A stretch of 8,112 nucleotides of DNA from Zygophlyctis sp. KS116. Lineage: Eukaryota; Fungi; Chytridiomycota. The DNA lies in the NCBI GenBank assembly GCA_054661495.1, contig BAAFSQ010000387.1:1-8112 (forward strand), in the 5' to 3' direction. Every line of letters begins with the position of its first letter. The first letter of the stretch is position 1. Positions 1 to 6,903 of this stretch are shown here, piece after piece. Under the pieces are notes generated by a model. It saw only the letters and a program-made list of their open reading frames with translations, ran no database searches and was not told where the DNA came from. The position numbers and the translations under genes were made by a program.

Positions 1-229
1 GACAAGCTTCATTCTGTAAATCTGTTTCGCGTTCGTGTTCAATCTTGAACTTTAATCAGCGATCTTTTTGTTTTGGATAAATTCTGATAAAAATACAACT
101 TTTAAAAATATGTGTTCCAATCAGGCTACAATTTAGATATAAATATATCAAATGGGAGATTGATTTGATTAAGATTGACTCAAAGAAATTAAATTGGAAA
201 AAGTCCGAAATAGTACGCGCTTCCGTAAA

Positions 230-1121
230 ATGACAAAGGTAATTAATTGTTATTTAGAGTAACTTTTAGAGAGTCTTACATAGTACTTTTTGAATAAAAT
301 TAAACTTAGATGTTTCAGAGGACCATGGATTTATTTTCAAAAAGAAAAAAACCAAAGAAACTACAGTTTTAGAAAAAAAACCACAACAACGCCGTTCAAG
401 TCTTGGACTTCGTGGAAAGAGAATTACAGAAAATTCTAATTTTTGTGGTAATTTCCCATCTAAAAGTATAGTTCCACATCCAAGTCTCGATCCTTGTCAA
501 TATTATCGTCATATTGACGCACAATCCTCTGATCCTTTAAGAATGCGACAACTTGTACTCTGGTGCGGTCAAAAACTGTTATCTTCTCAAGAGAACCTCA
601 AAAAAGTACAGTCAAATCTCTTGGAAAATATTTCAAAATCCCTTGTAAATTTCTCTTGGTACCATCGTCCAGTCATTCCACAAGTTAAAAAAACAGTATG
701 TCATCCAGGAAATCTGAGCAATGCAAAACAATTACAAGAATTTGAAAATGCAATTGTCAGACTTGAAAATGAATTAAGAATTTGGCAAAATATCAAGGAC
801 TCTTATTCTACCAAACATTGTAATGAAATGACAAATTTAGTCAATAATGATTTAAAAAAGATGGTATTAGCTCAAGAACCACTTCAAGAACCACCAAAAT
901 ATCAACATGTCTCTGAAACTGTTAAAACTAATCTAGATGAAATCCGACGTGAAGTTTATCATTTTGAATCTATAATGCATAAGATCTCAGTCTTGGAATC
1001 TAAAACCAAAAAATCTTGTGAATCATTATTTTCCATGATGCTTAAAGCCTATTCTGAAAGGGAAAAAAACAAGACTGTAGATGCAATAGATATGCTTAAA
1101 CTATTATCAACCAGTCAATAA
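230..1121 (+). CDS. DSN1: Kinetochore MIND/Mis12-complex subunit, Dsn1/Mis13-like (~277 aa, spliced)
   Basis: Proposed exons 230-238, 270-282, 310-1121 with GT-AG introns 239-269 and 283-309. The frame is open from 294, well upstream of the 543 ATG. Translation contains EDHGFIFKK, RRSSLGLRGKR (basic Aurora-B-type motif) and PHPSLDPCQYYRHIDAQSSDPLRMRQLVLWC, matching the fungal Mis13/Dsn1 PH..FYKHI..P.RMRQLL.WC block, followed by HPGNLSN and a coiled coil. The first two exons are less certain. Confidence 0.8.
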
Positions 1122-1150
1122 AGATTTTTTAAACAGATTGAAGGATATTA

Positions 1151-1666
1151 TTATTTTACTTTGGCAAAACTTAAAGTATAAGCCATTCCAGCTAATCCAG
1201 ATAGAGCCAAAACAGAGACGGCAATCATATAACCTACAGTGAGTCCGACTACTCCCACAATAGACACAAACTTTAAGAATTTCCCGTCTTCTGCTCTTTC
1301 CCCTAGTCCTTGCCTTTTAGCTAATTTTCTTTGAGGAGCATGTAATCTAGTATCATGTCCAGGAATTACAATTATTGATTTTATCCAAGATGGAATAGTA
1401 TGTTCACAGATTGATTTCCATGTATGCATGAGATGATGAAAATCTCTAATTTTCCTTGAAGGAATTTCCTCTTTCAGAGAAGAGATGAGAGAAACTTTTA
1501 GGTTTTGTAAATGCTCCGACTTTAGAAAATGTAATGATTGCTGTGCTTTTCTAAATTCTCTTGATAATTTCAAGTCTAATATATTTAAAAATGCATCAAC
1601 ATTTTGTGAAGAAGAGTGTATATCAGATTTAACAAGAGACAAGAGTAAAAGTATCAATATCAACAT
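1151..1666 (-). CDS. Hypothetical secreted/membrane protein (~171 aa), intronless
   Basis: Lies within ORF 1151-1744. The ATG at 1666 starts a signal-peptide-like MLILILLLLSLVKS. The C-terminus is a long hydrophobic Gly-rich segment after LAKR. Ends in tandem TAA TAA. No family recognised. Confidence 0.65.
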   Translation of the reverse strand: MLILILLLLSLVKSDIHSSSQNVDAFLNILDLKLSREFRKAQQSLHFLKSEHLQNLKVSLISSLKEEIPSRKIRDFHHLMHTWKSICEHTIPSWIKSIIVIPGHDTRLHAPQRKLAKRQGLGERAEDGKFLKFVSIVGVVGLTVGYMIAVSVLALSGLAGMAYTLSFAKVK

Positions 1667-1870
1667 GTTTTCGTTTAATCTTTTGACTTTGATGGGGTTT
1701 AGGTTCTTAAAGTAACTAGAAGAAAACGTTTTCTCAATGTGCAAATATTTCCATTTTCAGGTAAATTTTCAGTTAAATTTGTTTTGCGCAGTGATAAATT
1801 TTCAACTAGCGCACGACAGCTTTGCTCCTTGGTCACCCCTCAACCCTCTTTAGATCTCTCTCTTAATTCT

Positions 1871-1956
1871 CTAAAGACCTTCTATAAATTCTTCTAAAAA
1901 CCTAAATTCTAAAAAAACCTAATTACTAAAAACCTAGTAAGTAAATAGAAAACCTA
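1871..1956 (+). repeat. Degenerate tandem repeat of (CTA)AAAACCTA in the divergent intergenic region
   Basis: CTAAAAACCTA 1894-1904, CTAAAAAAACCTA 1909-1921, CTAAAAACCTA 1926-1936, AAAACCTA 1949-1956, and a variant CTAAAGACCT 1871-1880. Confidence 0.6.
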
Positions 1957-1981
1957 GAAACAGCAACTAAGAAGTAAGAGA

Positions 1982-2294
1982 ATGACAAAACAGAATCCTC
2001 TAGAACAGTTGGATTTGAAAAACATGCCTATAAGACAAGCATACCAGAAATTAGACTCCTTAAACAAGACTCTAGGAAGAGAAAAAGTAGAAGCTCTAAA
2101 ATATGAATTACTATTACCTTTTAGGAGAAAGAATGCAATGTTGGGGTTGGGTCTGGTTGTAATGGTTGGTGGAATTTGTAAGATTTGAATTATTAAAAAA
2201 ACTAGTTGCATATTCAATGTACAAGGCTACTCCAGCCTCTTTTCCAGATATTTCTCCCCAAGAAAGAGAAAAACTCTTGAATGAATCAAAATAA
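1982..2294 (+). CDS. COA3: Cytochrome c oxidase assembly factor 3 (Coa3/CCDC56-like, ~94 aa)
   Basis: Exons 1982-2177 and 2206-2294, intron 2178-2205 (GTAAGA..CTAG, 28 nt). The spliced product LLPFRRKNAMLGLGLVVMVGGIFAYSMYKA matches the Coa3 pattern PF/YR.KN...GLGL...V.G.Y.YS/T with a single TM helix. Confidence 0.72.
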
Positions 2295-2320
2295 AATGTT
2301 TAGGTTTTTACACTTTGTAA

Positions 2321-3688
2321 ATGGTTTTAAAGATTTGTCATCGACTGTTTTCCAATGCTAGAGTTGTATTGAACCGTCCGATATATTTAGATATGCAAGC
2401 AACAACTCCAATGGATCCAAGAGTTTTAGATGCAATGATGCCTTTTTTAACTTTTCAGTATGGAAATCCTCATTCTAGAACTCATGAGTTTGGATGGGAA
2501 TCGGAAAAGGCGGTGGAGAAAGGAAGAGATCAGGTCGCTGCATTGATTGGCGCTCAGTCCAAAGATATTATTTTTACTTCTGGTGCAACTGAATCAAATA
2601 ATTTGGCATTAAAAGGAGTTGCAAGGTTTTATAAAGGATCTAAAAAACATTTGATTACTCTACAAACAGAACATAAATGTGTACTAGATTCAGCTAGAGT
2701 TTTGCAGGAAGAAGGTTTTGATGTTACTTTTTTACCAGTACAGAAAAATGGGATTTTGGATTTAAATGCAAGTTTTAACTCTTGTAATATTTAGGATCTT
2801 TCTCGAGCAATAAGACCAGATACAGTACTAGTATCGGTAATGACGGTTAATAATGAAATTGGAGTTATTCAACCAATAAGAGAAATTGGAGAAATTTGTC
2901 GGGCTAAAGGTGCATTTTTTCATACGGATGCTGCACAAGCTGTTGGGAAAATTCCAATAGACGTAAACAAGGATAATATTGATTTATTGTCAATTTCAGG
3001 ACATAAGTTGTATGGACCAAAAGGTATTGGGGCTTTATATGTTCGTAGAAGACCTCGAGTCAGGTTAGAACCTTTGATTTCTGGTGGAGGACAAGAAAGA
3101 GGATTGAGAAGTGGGACTGTTCCGGCTCCATTAGTCGTAGGTTTAGGTGAAGCATGCAGAATATCTGCATTGGAAATGGATGTATTTTCAATTTTATTAA
3201 TATTAGACGGATGATAAACGTATCAGAGCTCTTTCTGAGAGACTTATTACAGGTATTACGAGTCAATTATCACATGTTATTCGGAATGGAGATCCTGTAA
3301 ACACATATCCAGGTATTATTCAAGATTAATCTTTAGGTTGTGTGAATCTTTCATTCGAGTATGTGGAAGGGGAATCTTTATTGATGGCATTAAAAGATAT
3401 TGCACTTTCTTCTGGATCTGCTTGTACTTCTGCTTCTTTAGAGCCATCGTATATATTACAGGCTCTAGGAGCATCTGATGAGGCAGCACATTCATCAATT
3501 AGATTTGGAATTGGAAGATTCACTACTGAAGCAGAAATTGATTTTAGCATTGATAAGGTTGTATCACAAGTTAAAAGACTTCGAGAAATGTCTCCTTTAT
3601 GGGAAATGGTAAGTGCTAATTAATGATTGCTTAATAATAGATTCAAGACGGAATCGATTTGAAATCCATTCAATGGTCTCAGCACTAA
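2321..3688 (+). CDS. NFS1: Mitochondrial cysteine desulfurase Nfs1/IscS (~419 aa)
   Basis: Exons 2321-2767, 2795-3181, 3207-3312, 3337-3608, 3641-3688. Motifs: [43 protein letters not shown] (PLP lysine), [13 protein letters not shown] (catalytic Cys) and the C-terminal [11 protein letters not shown]. Confidence 0.97.
2768..2794 (+). other. GC-AG spliceosomal intron (27 nt) in NFS1
   Basis: Removing GCAAGT...TTTAG restores ILDLN|[10 protein letters not shown]. The nearby GT donors give a frameshift, and retention hits TAG at 2792-2794. Confidence 0.85.
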
Positions 3689-3792
3689 AAATTAATAAAA
3701 TTTCTTTTAAGAAATTATGAATCTTCAAGTTTCGGACATAACATTGTTAATTTTAGCGTGTTAATATGATAAATTCTGAACAAGATTTAACA

Positions 3793-5264
3793 ATGCAAAC
3801 ATCCTTGGCTCATCCTTTAAAGCCAATTAAATACCATGAATGTGTATATTCTCAAAACCCATATGTTCCTTTTGGTATGTCCGAATTCAAGATTTAATTA
3901 TTAGCATCACTCTACGCTCTTGGTATCGTGATAGATATATTTTCTACGGGAAAGAATCTAAGTCTTTTAAAAACTCAAAACAAATTTGAATGGGGAATCC
4001 AAAAGCAAGATCAAATTGAATTTTGTATTCCTCAGTCAATGAATATCGACGACTCAAATCCACCTGTATTTTCTATTCGTAACGCATTAGGCAATTGGCC
4101 TTTCATCGCAAGAATTCATGTCAAAGTTTGTAAATTTATGTTTAAAAGACATGGAACAAGGTGGACTTTCTCCTCAATGGATCATTGATAATTTGAATTA
4201 TATCATTGGTTACGCTATTTGTCATTTGGAATGGGTATTATTTTTCACGCTGATTATAGACTGTTCGGACAATACTGTCTTGCCGAAAATTTCTGTCTTT
4301 TAGTTCTGTCTCTGAACGTTTGAATGATTCTCAAAAATCAGACATGGAATGTAAAATCTTGGAAAATCTCTTCTTTCTAGAGAATATGAAGCCCAAAATA
4401 TCCTCATCGTCACCATTTTTAGATGAAATTCCTTCAATTCAAGACTTGAGTATCTTGAAATTATCATTACTATTTCATCGGTAAATTCATTATTATTAAA
4501 GTATCATAGTTATGATTTGATGGGAGTTAATACTCAAGATATCGAGTTACTCAAAAGCCAATTATCAGTTTTAGTAGAGCCGATTCCCAATGATTTAATG
4601 ACAGAAATTGATCATTGTATTACAAATCTATTATCTGAAAACAAGAGTCTAAATGGTATAAGATTTAATTAATAATTCTAGATTTAAAAGACTCTTTAAA
4701 TTGGTTTCGTAAATCTCCATCTAAAACTGAAAGTCTTGAATTAGAAAAAATTGGGTTTGAAAAGTATTTAGAAAATCACAAGACTATTGATTCAACATTG
4801 GTTGCACAACATCTTAAAAAACAATTATTAAAAGTGAAATTGGGTCTTATTCCAGAATCAATTCGTAATATTTTAATGATCTTGATTCAAGACAAGATCT
4901 CAGACTCTATCAAAGGTGGAATATGGTTATTATTATCTCTGTCAGAAACCAGATTCAAAATCATTCAAAATATTCTATTGGTTACTAACCGAATACTAGA
5001 TCAAACCCATGTTCAATCTAGAAATCTAGCAACAGTTGTTCTTGTACATAAACTTAAACAAGTAGATTCTACCTCTACAGAATCTATAACTTGTTTAAGG
5101 GAAGAAATGGAACGCTGGAATGACTTATGGGGCCTTTTGTTACAAGATAATGATTTCTTGATTCAGGTAAGGAATGCACCAAATATTAAAACTAGACTGA
5201 TGAAATCGATTCAAAAATGTTGGACACTTGGTCAAAAGTCTTGAATGAATTACAAACAGTCTGA
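3793..5264 (+). CDS. Divergent RhoGAP-domain protein (~437 aa, 7 exons)
   Basis: Exons 3793-3874, 3905-4129, 4149-4234, 4260-4480, 4510-4655, 4682-5166, 5196-5264. The C-terminal half follows the RhoGAP pattern: PIP..IDHCI..L, WFRKSPS (arginine-finger position, CGT at 4708-4710), DSTLVAQHLKKQL..LIP, LLLSLS..RFKII..L..NRI, SRNLATV. The 4130-4148 junction is uncertain. Confidence 0.65.
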
Positions 5265-5289
5265 TCTGTTTGTTTGTTTCGCGACAATA

Positions 5290-6349
5290 ATGAAATCATT
5301 GACTGCAGGAGAAGAATGTCAAATTGCTGCTAAAGTAAGATGATTAGTTTATTCAATAAAAGTCATTTTCTTCCTTTTCAGGACATATTCCTTCTATACT
5401 AGTTAAAGAATGTATGGGAATGGCTATTCTCCGAGGCACAATTGGAGTTTCAGTGATCCGACTTCCATCGGGAGGTATTAATTTAAACTTATAGATAGAA
5501 TGGTCTGCGCCTTGTGCAATTGCATTGGAATCAGTGACAAATACAGTAGCTCCACAGCAAGAGACTGTATTACTCTTTATGACAGAATTAGCGATTTATT
5601 CTCTAGTTACAAGAGCAAATGTAGCATTAAATCAAACACATAGATTTGAACCAGGGCCTTTTGGACCTCCCAAAGGACCTGGTACAGATATTTATGTATA
5701 TGTAAGATTTAATGGAGGATTTACACCATCTGAATTAATTTCCATGAATATGATTGGATGGACAGTTAAAGAAGACGTTGATAGACATACAAAATGGCAT
5801 GGAGAGTCTGTAACATGGTTTGATGTTCTTACCAATAAAATCTCTGTTGATCGATCATCAGTTGGAAATGCACTTTATGTAGTACTTAATTTAGCTGCTG
5901 GATCTGTACAAGAAGCATCTCGAGGACTTTCAAAAAAGAATTTTGCAGATGTAGAAAGTTGGGTAAATGTAGCACCTTCATTTAAAAAACCTGTTACTAC
6001 ATCTTTTACTGGTAATTTTGAAAATAGTCAATATGATAATTTTGGAAATCAGACAATGTATGCAAACTCTATGCCTCTAGTGAATCCCATGCATCAAATG
6101 CCTATTGGAAATCAAATGACTCAGGGAATGTACTCTAATCAAATGACTCAGGGAATGCAAATGCCTGGACAAATGAATTATTATAACTCTAGTAATTTCC
6201 AGCAACAAATCTACAGACCTGAAACTGGAAATCCATCATCACAAATGTTTACAGCTCAGGATCAGGGAGTAAATCCCAACTTTCCTACTCGTGATCAGTA
6301 TGGTAATCAGAATCAGTATGGTAATCAGTATTATAGGCCACAAGAGTAG
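5290..6349 (+). CDS. Divergent Ysc84/SYLF (Lsb3/SH3YL1-like) domain protein with low-complexity C-terminus (~335 aa)
   Basis: Exons 5290-5334, 5363-5474, 5499-6349. SL..ECQIAAK, HIPSILVKECMGMAIL, VIRLPSGEWSAPCAI and ED..RHTKWHGESVTWFDVL parallel the SYLF motifs (SL..E..KAAK, IP..L..AKGLAI, ARL.DG.WSAPSAI, N..FYG..V...DIL). No SH3 domain is visible. Confidence 0.72.
6110..6157 (+). repeat. Coding direct repeat AATCAAATGACTCAGGGAATG x2 (NQMTQGM)
   Basis: Exact 21-nt copies at 6110-6130 and 6137-6157. Confidence 0.9.
6294..6328 (+). repeat. Coding direct repeat ATCAGTATGGTAATCAG x2 (QYGNQ)
   Basis: Exact 17-nt copies at 6294-6310 and 6312-6328. Confidence 0.9.
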
Positions 6350-6413
6350 GTCTAAAACAAGACTAGAAGAGAAGGGCTAAAATAAGATTTGATTTCTAGA
6401 TTCGATTTCCCCT

Positions 6414-6442
6414 TGCACGTGCACAATTGTTTGATTACGTCA
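6414..6442 (+). promoter_or_regulatory. Putative E-box palindrome and CRE-like site upstream of cytochrome c
   Basis: Palindrome TGCACGTGCA at 6414-6423 (CACGTG core) and TTACGTCA at 6435-6442, in a locally CpG-rich patch 36-65 nt before the ATG. Motif match only. Confidence 0.35.
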
Positions 6443-6478
6443 GTCCACGACGATCGACCCTTCACCTCTAATAAAAAA

Positions 6479-6887
6479 ATGGGAATCCCTGAAGGTAAAA
6501 GTCTATTACTTTTGATGTTTAGGCAATGCAACAAACGGCGCTAAATTATTCAAAACTAGATGTACTCAATGCCATGTAGTTGAAAAGGTAAAATCATACT
6601 TGTTAAAATTTAGGGCGCAGCTCATAAACAAGGGCCAAACTTGAATGGATTGTTTGGAAGAAAATCAGGAACTGCTGATGGGTATCAATACTCTACTGCA
6701 ATGCAAGAGAAACAAGTTGTTTGGGATGAAGATCAGATGTTTGTCTATCTAGAGAATCCTAAAAAGTTTGTCCCCGGGACTAAGATGGTCTTTGCTGGAT
6801 TTAAGAAACCTCAAGATAGAGCAGGCAAGTTTTTACCATTATAATTTTCTAGATATTATTGCTTATCTAAAGGATGCTACCCAATAA
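6479..6887 (+). CDS. CYC1: Mitochondrial cytochrome c (108 aa)
   Basis: Exons 6479-6494, 6523-6587, 6614-6824, 6853-6887 give [46 protein letters not shown]...[34 protein letters not shown]. The CxxCH heme motif and the axial Met in GTKM are present. Confidence 0.97.
6825..6852 (+). other. GC-AG spliceosomal intron (28 nt) in cytochrome c
   Basis: Removing G|GCAAGT...TCTAG restores the conserved DRADIIAYLK helix. The GT at 6829 gives the wrong frame. Confidence 0.9.
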
Positions 6888-6903
6888 AGACAAAAAAAAG
6901 ATT

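Noticed and set aside
1485-1715. 76-aa Cys-rich + strand ORF
   Set aside because: It is antisense to the better-supported signal-peptide gene and has no recognisable motif.
1667-1744. N-terminal extension of the 197-aa ORF
   Set aside because: It depends on a non-ATG start, and the ATG at 1666 directly precedes the signal-peptide-like segment.
1745-1870. Possible ncRNA in the divergent intergenic region
   Set aside because: I could not identify a tRNA cloverleaf, snRNA or snoRNA box arrangement. A covariance-model search would be needed.
1954-3550. Minus-strand ORFs 1954-2217, 3060-3266, 3316-3498 and 3326-3550
   Set aside because: Antisense shadows of COA3 and NFS1.
2321-3688. NFS1, CYC1 and DBP5 as frameshifted pseudogenes, or as stop-readthrough/alternative genetic code cases
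   Set aside because: Every break is flanked by GT/GC...AG, and removing it restores an intact conserved protein under the standard code.
3699-3716. Inverted repeat AATTTCTT-TT-AAGAAATT after NFS1 as a terminator hairpin
   Set aside because: Short and almost all A/T, so expected by chance. Intrinsic terminators do not apply to Pol II genes.
5259-5308. RhoGAP-SYLF fusion through an intron or TGA readthrough
   Set aside because: Both the GT(5259)..CAG(5308) splice and simple readthrough land out of frame with the SYLF gene.
6110-6328. Short direct repeats as a CRISPR-like array or mobile-element ends
   Set aside because: Only two copies each, in frame within a low-complexity coding tail, with no spacers or associated genes.
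6352-6534. 60-aa minus-strand ORF
   Set aside because: It overlaps the cytochrome c promoter, first exon and first intron, and shows no coding hallmarks.
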